IMG/VR virus record: IMGVR_UViG_3300002231_001563
Location: 32,001-96,000 of that record
Source: a virus
Strand: one strand, 5' to 3'
Length of the DNA: 64,000 nt
A program made the position numbers and the translations under genes. This document shows positions 31,513 through 40,766 of the stretch, piece after piece (position 1 is the stretch's first letter; each line of letters starts with the position of its first letter). A model generated the notes under the pieces. That model was not told the DNA's origin. It ran no database searches and saw nothing but the letters and a program-made list of their open reading frames with translations.

Positions 31513-31522
31513 ACTATTTATA
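31513..31522 (+). promoter_or_regulatory. Candidate late promoter motif ACTATTTATA
   Basis: Intergenic, followed by AAGGAG/AGGAG RBS and ATG 31542. Confidence 0.6.
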
Positions 31523-31541
31523 AGGAGAGAGGAGAACACCT

Positions 31542-32519
31542 ATGGCGTTTTTAGATAACAGCGGCGATATTATATTAGACGCCGTTTTAACAGACACAGG
31601 CCGCAAGAGAATGGCTAGAGGAGACGGGACTTTTCGCGTAATGAAATTTGCCCTCGGAGATGACGAGATTAATTATGGAACCTATAATGGTTCGGCACCA
31701 GCCGGACAAAAAGATTTGCAAATTCTTCAGACTCCTATTTTGGAGGCGTTCACGAATAACACCTCTATGATGCATTCTTATCTACAAACATACACTAATA
31801 ATACTTCTCACCTATATTTGCCGGTAATGAAATTAAATCAATTAGCCGCCGGCCGTACTTTTAATACTCAATTTAAGAGTTATATGGTGGCCGTTGATAA
31901 AAACACCGCCATCGGCCTGGGAACTGCCACAACCGCAGCCGGAACTCCAGGGCAATGGGTCCCCACTCAAGACGGTATCCTATACGGCTTTAACCCATCC
32001 CAGGTAAAAACTGGCATTCGAATTGATCAGGGAGTTGATAACGCCCTAGTATCGGCCGCTCAGGGTCTTCCTACTAGCGAATTTTACGAAAACCAATATT
32101 TAATAGAAATGGATTCTCGCTTTGGGCAGGTGATCGATGTCGTGGGTGGAACCTTGGCAAATCCCTCATTTATTGATGACGACCAAATTGCTTCCTATTA
32201 TTTATCAAAAAATGTAAATAGAAACTTTATTACAGATAATTCAAGTACAAGCGATGTGGGAGAGGGAACACAAGTATTGGCAGGCGCTCGCGGAACTATT
32301 TTACAATTTCAAATTCAAGTTACTCCTAATTTGAATAGTAATGCAAGTTGGTTTACGCGGTTAGGGGGAACGTTCGACGCCGCCAAGCTCGGCGCCGGCG
32401 GCGCTGTACCAAGTTACTTCATCGACACCATCGTTAGGGTAACTGGGCTGACAACGGGCTTCCGACTGGATGTCCCTGTCCGGTATGTTAAAGCTCAGGG
32501 CGCTTGGACACTCCCATAA
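31542..32519 (+). CDS. Putative baseplate/fibre-attachment protein (DUF3751 N-half-like start)
   Basis: DAVLTDTGRKRMARGDGTFRVMKFALGDD resembles the P2 gpH N-terminal LT..G...LA....MAVGD pattern; strong RBS. Confidence 0.55.
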   Translation: MAFLDNSGDIILDAVLTDTGRKRMARGDGTFRVMKFALGDDEINYGTYNGSAPAGQKDLQILQTPILEAFTNNTSMMHSYLQTYTNNTSHLYLPVMKLNQLAAGRTFNTQFKSYMVAVDKNTAIGLGTATTAAGTPGQWVPTQDGILYGFNPSQVKTGIRIDQGVDNALVSAAQGLPTSEFYENQYLIEMDSRFGQVIDVVGGTLANPSFIDDDQIASYYLSKNVNRNFITDNSSTSDVGEGTQVLAGARGTILQFQIQVTPNLNSNASWFTRLGGTFDAAKLGAGGAVPSYFIDTIVRVTGLTTGFRLDVPVRYVKAQGAWTLP

Positions 32520-32540
32520 ACATGATCAAAAGGATAAAAA

Positions 32541-33512
32541 ATGGCTACTGTATTTAAAACTTTACTATCAAACGATGTGGCTACAACGCGCACACTATTG
32601 AATGAGGCAATTCCTATTACTGGAACGGTTGTTTCGGGCACGTATGGCAACAATAATATTAAAAACTATATGCATGGAATGTTTCAAAGCGTATACGATT
32701 ATCCCTATGCATCTTCCTCTGCAAACCACATTTTCGACCTCTCCTATGGTTATTCATCCGCAGTTTCAAGCTCGACCTCTATGAACGCCAAAAAGATGAA
32801 TATTTACAGCCAGATGGCTCAAGTATTAGTGGGGTATGATGAGACCGGATCCATTCGCCGCTTTGACGCCGATGGGGATTTTACTACTACCACTGATGCA
32901 ATGGATGCCTGTGTTTTCATTAACTATGCACGCCTCCTCGTCAAAGATGAGATTAAGAAAGGGTCGTATACCCTTACTCTTCAGACTGGCTCTTCATTTG
33001 TAACAGTGGGTGACTATGGAGCTAATAGTGATTATCGTGTCAACTCTCCAGCTGGAGAATTCGGATTATTATATACTTCTTCAGTTGCTCCCTATGGACA
33101 ATCTGTGGGGCTCATCTATTATCAGGCTGGCGTCGTAGCTCTAACTGCCTCTGCCCCCCTCTTCGACTCATATTTGACCTTTACTGGCACCCTATCAATC
33201 ACTGGTACTGCGGATAATGTAAGGAGCAAGTGGGATGATAATGATTTTCAAAACACCACGGAACTAAACAGCACTATTTATTTCTGCCGAGCAGCAAATA
33301 ATGAATTTAATTATAGTGCAAATCCGACATATCTCTCTTCCAGTCAAATTATCGTAAAGAATAATAATGTAGACCAGCCTCCGGTAACATATATTACTAC
33401 AGTGGGTCTCTATTCGCCTGACAACGAACTGTTGGCAGTGGCCAAATTATCTGAGCCGCTCAAAAAAGATCCTGCAACCGAGTTAATCTTCCGGGTGAGA
33501 TTAGATTATTAA
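32541..33512 (+). CDS. Putative tail/baseplate protein (DUF3751 C-half-like end)
   Basis: C-terminus FCRAANNEFNYSANPTY...YITTVGLYSPDNELLAVAKLSEPLKK; paralogous to the next gene. Confidence 0.55.
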   Translation: MATVFKTLLSNDVATTRTLLNEAIPITGTVVSGTYGNNNIKNYMHGMFQSVYDYPYASSSANHIFDLSYGYSSAVSSSTSMNAKKMNIYSQMAQVLVGYDETGSIRRFDADGDFTTTTDAMDACVFINYARLLVKDEIKKGSYTLTLQTGSSFVTVGDYGANSDYRVNSPAGEFGLLYTSSVAPYGQSVGLIYYQAGVVALTASAPLFDSYLTFTGTLSITGTADNVRSKWDDNDFQNTTELNSTIYFCRAANNEFNYSANPTYLSSSQIIVKNNNVDQPPVTYITTVGLYSPDNELLAVAKLSEPLKKDPATELIFRVRLDY

Positions 33513-33528
33513 GTTGGAGGTGTAAAAC

Positions 33529-34701
33529 ATGCCTTTTAAGAAATTTTCTGAAGATGATGTGTTCAATAATACACTGAAGACATTTCCCCGAAATCGCTTT
33601 GGTATCTATGGTGGACGCGTCTATCGTCAAAATATGTCCCAAGAATCGGGATCTTTTACGGGAAGTGTTCCTTGTGTGCCTACGGGATTCGTTTCATTAT
33701 ATGAATTAAACGTGGACCGCTCCGCCTCTCGTACTGGACTTATTTATCCTTTTGTTACTAAAAATGGAACTTTGACTAGTTTTCGAACTATTTCTTCCAC
33801 CACATTTAATACGGATTTTGCATATGGCGACATGTTGACAGGCTCTTATCCCTTATCGGCCAGCGTGAGCAGGAATTATGTTATAGGGCCTATTCACCGC
33901 AATAAAATTAATGCCCTCCGTGTGACGCTGGATTCATATACGTGTTGGAGCCCTCATTATCAATTTAGTTCTTCGCTCGGAGATAAAGCAACGCAGACCA
34001 TTAATTTAATTTCTATTCCATCCATTTTTTACGGTTCCTCAATAAATAAAGAGAATGGTTCGGTTAGTTTGAAATATTATGTCTCAGGCACATTAATTGG
34101 AGAATTAAAAGACATTAATCGTAATGGCGAGCTGATCCAGGTCGGCCCCCCAGGAAGTGTTGGGTCTGGTTCGGTCGCAGGTGTAGCTCTCTATAATGAA
34201 GGATTCTTGTTGTTGACCGGCTCATGGCCTCTCGAAACAGGCCACGCGAGAGATTATTTAAATGATCCCACTACTTTTATGACCTCTTCCTGGCTATTTT
34301 TCGGAACTGGAATGAATGATTCATCGGGTTCGGGAATTCCCTACGTCCATTATGATATGGAGTTTGAGGGGGTCAACTATATTGAAACTTTGACTTTGAT
34401 GGCTCATGCTGAAAAGGGAGAACTTAATCACTCTAATAATCCTACTTATACTCTCTTAAGTTCCGGATCCTTTTACAATAGCGGAGTTAATACTTACAGC
34501 GAGAACGGCCGCCCCATCAAAAATACAGTTAAGAGTCCTTATATTTATCCTACTGCCTCCTTCGAGAAAACGACCTATATCTCCAAAGTGGGCATCTACG
34601 ATGAGGATAAAAATCTTATAGGAATAGCCACCGTCTCCAAGCCAGTGAAAAAAACACTTGACAGAGACTATACTTTTAAGTTAAAATTAGATATACAATG
34701 A
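33529..34701 (+). CDS. Putative tail/baseplate protein, paralog of upstream gene
   Basis: C-terminus AHAEKGELNHSNNPTY...YISKVGIYDEDKNLIGIATVSKPVKK. Confidence 0.55.
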   Translation: MPFKKFSEDDVFNNTLKTFPRNRFGIYGGRVYRQNMSQESGSFTGSVPCVPTGFVSLYELNVDRSASRTGLIYPFVTKNGTLTSFRTISSTTFNTDFAYGDMLTGSYPLSASVSRNYVIGPIHRNKINALRVTLDSYTCWSPHYQFSSSLGDKATQTINLISIPSIFYGSSINKENGSVSLKYYVSGTLIGELKDINRNGELIQVGPPGSVGSGSVAGVALYNEGFLLLTGSWPLETGHARDYLNDPTTFMTSSWLFFGTGMNDSSGSGIPYVHYDMEFEGVNYIETLTLMAHAEKGELNHSNNPTYTLLSSGSFYNSGVNTYSENGRPIKNTVKSPYIYPTASFEKTTYISKVGIYDEDKNLIGIATVSKPVKKTLDRDYTFKLKLDIQ

Positions 34702-35210
34702 TATTAGGTTTAGATATTAGCACAAGCATAGTGGGAGTCTGTATATTGGATGATAACAAAATTATCCATGCGGATTATATTGATCTACGAAAAGTGGGGT
34801 CTTTTTTTGAGAAAGCAAGGACCGTTAAGGAAGCTCTGGTCTCTCTTGGTAAAACCCACCCTCTAGAACATATTTATATCGAACAGGCTTTGATGTTTTT
34901 TCGCAAAGGCGGATCGACAGCAAAAACTATGTCTACCTTACAACGTTTTAATGGCATCGTCTCGTGGATATGTTATGAGGAATTGTCCATAGAGCCTCAA
35001 TATTTGACACCCATATCAGCCCGATCCAAATGTGGTATAAAAGTACCACGCGGAAAGAAAGCTAAAGAGGTGGTAATGGAGCACTTTATAAAAACACAAG
35101 AGTTTCCCATCGAATATACGCGGTATGGCAATGTTCAGAAATATTGCTATGATATTGCCGACGCTGTAATTGTGGCCCGGGCCGCCCATATCAGTATAAC
35201 TGAAAAATAA
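34698..35210 (+). CDS. ruvC: RuvC-like Holliday junction resolvase
   Basis: ILGLDISTSIVG (D), IYIEQ (E) and DIADA (DxxD) catalytic pattern; 170 aa. Confidence 0.8.
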   Translation: MILGLDISTSIVGVCILDDNKIIHADYIDLRKVGSFFEKARTVKEALVSLGKTHPLEHIYIEQALMFFRKGGSTAKTMSTLQRFNGIVSWICYEELSIEPQYLTPISARSKCGIKVPRGKKAKEVVMEHFIKTQEFPIEYTRYGNVQKYCYDIADAVIVARAAHISITEK

Positions 35211-35213
35211 TCC

Positions 35214-35242
35214 TTGACAAAGAGTCGCTTATATGTTATATT
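35214..35242 (+). promoter_or_regulatory. Sigma70-type (early/middle) promoter with extended -10
   Basis: TTGACA (35214-19), 17-nt spacer, TG-n-TATATT (35234-42). Confidence 0.8.
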
Positions 35243-35248
35243 AACAAT

Positions 35249-36172
35249 ATGCGTACAAAGAAGGCTATTTTACACAATTTTCTCGGTAAATCATATGTCT
35301 CCAGTGGGGAATACTTGTTTGAGTGTCCTTTCTGCAAACATCATAAGAGAAAATTTTCTGTCAATATAGAAAAGGGAGTGTATAAGTGTTGGATTTGTGA
35401 CAAGCGCGGCGCCAATCTTTATCGTCTTGTTAAAATGTTTGGTTCTCAAAAAGATCGCAATGATTGGGTTACTTATTTTGATGTAAAGCCCGACCTTACT
35501 GAATTTGAGGCACTATTTGGTGCACCGATTTCGACTCAAGAGGCGCCTCCACTAGACATGCCACCCGGTTTTCAAACACTCTGCACCCTCTCTCCAGCTA
35601 AGAGGCCTTTAGCTTATCTTAGAAATAGGGGCATATCTCCCTCGGATGTCTTGAAATGGAAAGTAGGTTTTTGTTCCCACGGCCCCTATGGGGGAAGGGT
35701 AGTTATCCCCTCATTTAATCAAAGCGGCGAGTTAAATTTTTTTGTAGCTCGCAGCTACATTAATCATAATTATCGCTATAAGAATCCCCAAGTTTCACGC
35801 GACATAATTTTTAATGAATTATATGTAGATTTTGACTCGGAATTGACATTAGTAGAAGGGGTGTTCGATGCCATGAAAGCGTCCAATGCAGTACCTCTCT
35901 TGGGGTCCACATTAAGAGAAGACTCGGTCTTATTTAAAAAAATTATAAAATATGACACCCCCGTTTTGTTAGCTCTCGATCCTGATGCAGCCTACAAATC
36001 CACTAATATAAAAAAATTATTCCTGAAATACGGAATAGAATTGAGGGAAATACAGTATACTGATGATAGAGATATAGGAGATATGTCTAAAGAAGAAGTT
36101 GAGAAATTAAGCAATGTAGCTCCCCATATTCAGGAAGAGGATGGTCTTCTTTCTGCCATTGCTAGTTTATAG
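35249..36172 (+). CDS. DNA primase (zinc finger + TOPRIM)
   Basis: CPFCKHH...CWIC zinc-binding domain; YGGRVVIP; TOPRIM LVEGVFDA and LALDPDA. Confidence 0.85.
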   Translation: MRTKKAILHNFLGKSYVSSGEYLFECPFCKHHKRKFSVNIEKGVYKCWICDKRGANLYRLVKMFGSQKDRNDWVTYFDVKPDLTEFEALFGAPISTQEAPPLDMPPGFQTLCTLSPAKRPLAYLRNRGISPSDVLKWKVGFCSHGPYGGRVVIPSFNQSGELNFFVARSYINHNYRYKNPQVSRDIIFNELYVDFDSELTLVEGVFDAMKASNAVPLLGSTLREDSVLFKKIIKYDTPVLLALDPDAAYKSTNIKKLFLKYGIELREIQYTDDRDIGDMSKEEVEKLSNVAPHIQEEDGLLSAIASL

Positions 36173-36182
36173 GAGATAAAGC

Positions 36183-39100
36183 TTGAAGTTTGCCCATATA
36201 GCCGATACACATATTAAAAATTTAAAATATCATTATGAATATAAGATTGTTTTTGATAAGATGTATGAAATTTTACGATCGGAGAGTCCCGATTACATTA
36301 TTCACTGTGGAGATATCGCCCACACTAAAACTCAAATCTCACCAGAATTTGTAGAAATGTGTTCAGATTTCCTTAGTTCGTTGGCCGATATTGCGCCCAC
36401 ATATGTAATTTTGGGCAATCATGATGGTAATCTAAAAAATAGCAATCGTCAAGATGCTATCACGCCTATTGCCGAGGCACTGGCTCACCCTAATCTTTTT
36501 CTTTTGAAGAATTCAGGAGAAACTAATTTAAATGATAACTTTTCCCTCAATGTCTTATCAGTTTTTGATGAGGATGGATGGATGCAGCCGTCCGACCCTT
36601 CAAAGGTTAACATTGCCCTCTATCATGGTTCTATTTCAGGGGTAACGACGGATACTGGATGGGTAATGACTCATGGTGAGCATCCTATTGAGGTTTTTGA
36701 CGGACATGACTACGCGTTGCTTGGAGATATTCACAAGACCAATCAATGTCTTGATCAAGAGGGGCGCATTCGATACGCTGGCTCTACAATTCAACAAAAC
36801 CACGGCGAAACAAACGACAAGGGCTTTCTCTTGTGGGAAATACAGGATAAAGAGAATTTTACGTGTCGCCATATTGAACTTAAAAACCCTCGGCCCTTTG
36901 TTACCATTACATTGACGTCGGAAGGGAAAATTCCATCAAAGGTTAAAATATCCCCCCATAGTCGCTTAAGGCTCGTATCTAATAATAACCTTCCCATTGA
37001 TGTGATGCGTAAGGCGATGGAGGTGGCAAAAAGAAAGTATAAGCCCGAAGTTGTCACTTTTTTAAACCGCGCATCGGGCAAGCGCGGATCTGTCGAAGAT
37101 ATTACGGATGGCCTTCAAACTGAAGATTTGAGAAACACCGAAATACAAGAGAATTTAATTCGGGAATATCTAAAAGATTACGAAGTAGAGGAAGCGCTAA
37201 TGAAGCGCGTATTAAATTTAAATTTAAAATATAATAAAATCGCCGAAGACAATGAGGAAATATCTCGCAATGTAAACTGGCGCCTCCGCTCCGTATCGTG
37301 GGATAATTTATTTAATTATGGAGAAGATAATCGAATCAATTTTGATAATCTAGAGGGAATTGTGGGAATTTTCGGAAAAAACTTCTCAGGAAAATCCAGC
37401 ATTATTGACTCTATTTTATATACTCTCTATAATTCTACATCCAAGAATGATCGCAAAAATCTCAACATTATTAATCAGAATTGTGAATACGGCGCCGGAA
37501 CTGCCACTATTTCCATCGGAGATCGTGATTATACTGTAAATAGAAAATCTGAAAAATATACTCGCAAACTAAAAGGCGAAGTGACTCTCGAAGCTCGTAC
37601 TAACGCATCTTTTGAGGTCTATGACCCTACCACCGATTGTTCGGAGAGCCTAAATGGACTAACCAGAAACCAGACCGATAAGAATATTAGGAAAATTTTT
37701 GGCACTCTAGAAGATTTTTTATATTCATCCATGTCGAGCCAATTGGACTCTCTCACCTTCATCAAGGAGGGTTCAACTAAACGAAAGGAAATCTTGGCCA
37801 AGTTTTTAGATTTAGAATTTTTCGAGAGAAAATTTAAATATTCTAAGGAAGATGCGGCCGACACCAAGGGCGCCCTCCGCAAATTAGAGGATAAAAACTT
37901 TGATGAAGATATCGATGCAGCCCAGGAGCACTTAGATGAGGCTAATGCTAAATTAGATAAAAAGAAGAATACTTGCACCTCTTTATTACAAAAAATTTCC
38001 GATGTCAATACTGAGATAGGCGAAATTAAGGAAAACATCAATTCTATTCCGGCCGAGATCATCGACGTATGCAAGGTGAGAGATGAACTAAAAGACACGA
38101 AAAACCAGATTTTATGTGTTTCAGACGAAAATGAAACACTTACCGAGGAAAGGACTCATGCAAAGGAGAAATATCAAAAAATCGTTGATTTTTTAGCCGA
38201 ATATGATGAAGTGTCGCTTTTTGAGAAGCAAGAGAAGGCATCGGAACTTTTAGAACAATTACTAAATGTAGAAAATTTACTTACAGAGGAGCAGGGAGAA
38301 TTTACACGTAATACCCAAAAATTACAGCTTTTGCAAGGAATTCCTTGCGGAAATGCCTACCCTAAGTGTAAGTTCATAAAGGATGCCTATATTGCTAAGG
38401 CGACCGCGCCCCAGAACGAGCGCGAAATTCAACGATTAGCTTCCATTGTGGATGACCTAAATGATGACATTAAAGAGATAGATCCTGACATGGTTGACGA
38501 TCACATCAATAAATATACCGCCATCGTCAACAACAAGAATGCAGTTTCAAATCAAATTACTAATTGTGATTTGAAAATTGAAAAGAACGACTCGATTATC
38601 CGACAGCTTATTTCAGAATCTGAAAAATTGAGTGCCACACTCTCTGAATATGAATTAAATAAGGATATTATTGAAAATGCCGAAGCACTCAATAAAAAAA
38701 TGAAGTCATTAACCCTCAAAGCTAAAACCTTAAAGACCAATCATGACAAATGTCACCAAGACGTGCTAGATTTATATAAACTGGTAGGTTCTACGGAACA
38801 ATCTGTTGCCCACCTCGTAGAGCAAAGGGAAGCTTATATAAACTTGCAAGAGGAATATTCGGCCTATGATTTATACATGCGCTGCATGCATCCCAATGGT
38901 ATAGCTTTCGATGTTATTAAGCGCAAATTACCCGTCATTAATGAGGAGATTGCCAAAATGTTGGCAAATATTGTGGATTTTGAGGTCTTTTTTGAAGACG
39001 ACGGCCGTCGGTTAGATATTTTCATCAAACATGAAAATTATGACCCGCGCCCTCTTGAAATGGGATCAGGGGCCGAAAAAACCATCGCGGCCATGGCTAT

Positions 39101-39335
39101 CCGCCTAGCACTGTTGAGTGTCTCCAGCCTGCCAAAATCTGACTTATTTATTTTGGATGAGCCGGGCACCGCACTGGATGAAGAAAATATGCAAGGCTTT
39201 ATTGCTATTCTGGATTTAATTAAATCCTATTTCAAAACAGTGCTGCTTATCTCTCATTTGGACAGCTTGAAAGACTGTGTGGATATGCAAATCACTATTG
39301 ACAAGAAAAATGGGTATGCTTGTGTAAATATCTAA
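36183..39335 (+). CDS. Fused SbcD-SbcC (Mre11-Rad50, gp47-gp46) nuclease-ATPase
   Basis: TTG start with AGGAG RBS. Phosphoesterase motifs IADTH, HCGD, LGNHD, YHG, LGDIH; Walker A GKNFSGKS (aa 398); coiled coil; Walker B FILDEP; H-loop LISH; no stop between the domains. Confidence 0.9.
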   Translation: MKFAHIADTHIKNLKYHYEYKIVFDKMYEILRSESPDYIIHCGDIAHTKTQISPEFVEMCSDFLSSLADIAPTYVILGNHDGNLKNSNRQDAITPIAEALAHPNLFLLKNSGETNLNDNFSLNVLSVFDEDGWMQPSDPSKVNIALYHGSISGVTTDTGWVMTHGEHPIEVFDGHDYALLGDIHKTNQCLDQEGRIRYAGSTIQQNHGETNDKGFLLWEIQDKENFTCRHIELKNPRPFVTITLTSEGKIPSKVKISPHSRLRLVSNNNLPIDVMRKAMEVAKRKYKPEVVTFLNRASGKRGSVEDITDGLQTEDLRNTEIQENLIREYLKDYEVEEALMKRVLNLNLKYNKIAEDNEEISRNVNWRLRSVSWDNLFNYGEDNRINFDNLEGIVGIFGKNFSGKSSIIDSILYTLYNSTSKNDRKNLNIINQNCEYGAGTATISIGDRDYTVNRKSEKYTRKLKGEVTLEARTNASFEVYDPTTDCSESLNGLTRNQTDKNIRKIFGTLEDFLYSSMSSQLDSLTFIKEGSTKRKEILAKFLDLEFFERKFKYSKEDAADTKGALRKLEDKNFDEDIDAAQEHLDEANAKLDKKKNTCTSLLQKISDVNTEIGEIKENINSIPAEIIDVCKVRDELKDTKNQILCVSDENETLTEERTHAKEKYQKIVDFLAEYDEVSLFEKQEKASELLEQLLNVENLLTEEQGEFTRNTQKLQLLQGIPCGNAYPKCKFIKDAYIAKATAPQNEREIQRLASIVDDLNDDIKEIDPDMVDDHINKYTAIVNNKNAVSNQITNCDLKIEKNDSIIRQLISESEKLSATLSEYELNKDIIENAEALNKKMKSLTLKAKTLKTNHDKCHQDVLDLYKLVGSTEQSVAHLVEQREAYINLQEEYSAYDLYMRCMHPNGIAFDVIKRKLPVINEEIAKMLANIVDFEVFFEDDGRRLDIFIKHENYDPRPLEMGSGAEKTIAAMAIRLALLSVSSLPKSDLFILDEPGTALDEENMQGFIAILDLIKSYFKTVLLISHLDSLKDCVDMQITIDKKNGYACVNI

Positions 39336-39344
39336 CTAATTATA
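39335..39344 (+). promoter_or_regulatory. Candidate late promoter motif ACTAATTATA
   Basis: At the SbcDC stop, about 24 nt before ATG 39367. Confidence 0.5.
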
Positions 39345-39366
39345 CGTGCGAAAGGGGGATTTACTA

Positions 39367-39561
39367 ATGACAGAAATGGCAAAGGGAGCCTTAGATAAGG
39401 TTGTAGAAAAAGTCGTATCGCGCAAACTATTAGTATGGGCCACAGCCACAGCGCTCTTGTTTACATCCAATCTAGAGAGTGAACATTGGCTCTATTTGAG
39501 TGCACTATATATTGGCGGCCAATCAGTGATTGATGCGATTGTTAAACTTAAAGGTGCGTGA
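39367..39561 (+). CDS. Putative holin (2 TM)
   Basis: 64 aa with two hydrophobic segments (LLVWATATALLF; WLYLSALYIGG) and a basic C-terminus; ATG 39367 preferred over GTG 39346. Confidence 0.5.
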   Translation: MTEMAKGALDKVVEKVVSRKLLVWATATALLFTSNLESEHWLYLSALYIGGQSVIDAIVKLKGA

Positions 39562-39962
39562 TGATTAATATTAATTTTGGAGAAGCGTTTAAATCATTGG
39601 GCGCTTTTATAACTAAAAATTGGCAAGCGCTTGGTCTAGTTATTATGGTGATCTTATTCTTTGTAACGAAGAATGATTATGGCGCTTTGAAAAAATCGAT
39701 GGAAGTGATGAATAATTCTTATGAAGAGCAAATTGCAGCCCTGCAGTTGTTGCACGAGGAAGAGCTGAAGAAGCGGGAAGATGCAATCGCGAATTATGAA
39801 GAGGAGCTAGAAGACCTCACCCAGCGCTTTAACGACGAATTGGAAGACTTGCGTCGTACGAAAGAAGAGGATGTAGAAGAATATATGCGGGACTTTGCGG
39901 TTCAGCCAGAAAAATTGGCTCTAGAGATTGAAGAACAGTTTGGTTTTACTTATGTGGAATAA
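39558..39962 (+). CDS. Membrane-anchored coiled-coil protein (i-spanin-like)
   Basis: N-terminal TM (ALGLVIMVILFFV) followed by an acidic coiled coil; follows the holin. Confidence 0.45.
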   Translation: MMININFGEAFKSLGAFITKNWQALGLVIMVILFFVTKNDYGALKKSMEVMNNSYEEQIAALQLLHEEELKKREDAIANYEEELEDLTQRFNDELEDLRRTKEEDVEEYMRDFAVQPEKLALEIEEQFGFTYVE

Positions 39963-40380
39963 AATAATATTATTGACCGCCCTGAGTACATCTGGTGCTT
40001 TTGCAGCAGACGGAAAATTTACTTTTGTGCAGGAAGATGAGCCCTCTCCATTTGTGGGCACTCTTTTTGATCCTGAAGCTACTGCGCGAATTATGGCAAA
40101 TCACAAATTTCTCAAAGAAGAATATCAGCTAACTCTGGGATTTGAGCTGGAGAAGCAAGAGAAAGAATTCAACCTTAAATATGAACAACTTCAAATTACC
40201 CTGGATACTACTATCAAGAAATACGATACCATCCTCGCCATCAAAGATACGGAAATAGAACAATTGAATAAAATAATTGCCAAAAAGCCAGGAAAAAATG
40301 CTTTGATTTGGGGAATTGCAGGAGGCTTTGCAGTAGGTGTAGCAGCCACCATCGGAATAACATATGCGGTGAATAAATGA
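39952..40380 (+). CDS. Secreted coiled-coil protein with C-terminal TM (spanin-partner-like)
   Basis: Signal-peptide-like MWNKIILLTALSTSGAFA, coiled coil, C-terminal TM ALIWGIAGGFAVGVAATIGITYAV; no lipobox Cys. Confidence 0.45.
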   Translation: MWNKIILLTALSTSGAFAADGKFTFVQEDEPSPFVGTLFDPEATARIMANHKFLKEEYQLTLGFELEKQEKEFNLKYEQLQITLDTTIKKYDTILAIKDTEIEQLNKIIAKKPGKNALIWGIAGGFAVGVAATIGITYAVNK

Positions 40381-40766
40381 AAAAAGATTTAAATACGATA
40401 GCTAAATTAGAGCAGGCCATCGCTAAGAAGTACGGAGATGAGGCCATAAAGCACCCCAAAGCCGACTGGACTCCAGAAAAAGAAAAAGAATATCAATCCC
40501 AATTGGCACAATTGTATGAAAAAGAGAAGAGCATTGAGGAAAAAAGTGAAAAAATTGAAATCGATGGTTTTTTAATTTCTCAAAAACTATTTATTAAAGA
40601 TAACAATCGGGTTTGCCCCGTATGTGCCACCTATTCTTTCGAAACTAAAGATGATGTATATATGCTCAAATTCAACAGTTGCTTTAAATGCTATGTTCAA
40701 TGGGTAGAAGGTCGAGAAGACAGATGGAAATCTGGATGGCGCCCCACACAAGGATCAGAAAAATGA
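40377..40766 (+). CDS. Hypothetical protein with CxxC...CxxC zinc-finger-like motif
   Basis: CPVC...CFKC in the C-terminal half; ATGA overlaps on both sides. Confidence 0.65.
   Translation: MKKDLNTIAKLEQAIAKKYGDEAIKHPKADWTPEKEKEYQSQLAQLYEKEKSIEEKSEKIEIDGFLISQKLFIKDNNRVCPVCATYSFETKDDVYMLKFNSCFKCYVQWVEGREDRWKSGWRPTQGSEK

Noticed and set aside
31513-31522. TATTTATA read as an antisense T4 late promoter (TATAAATA)
   Set aside because: There are no minus-strand genes to drive, and variants (ACTAATTA, ACTACTTA) break the T4 consensus while keeping the + strand position.
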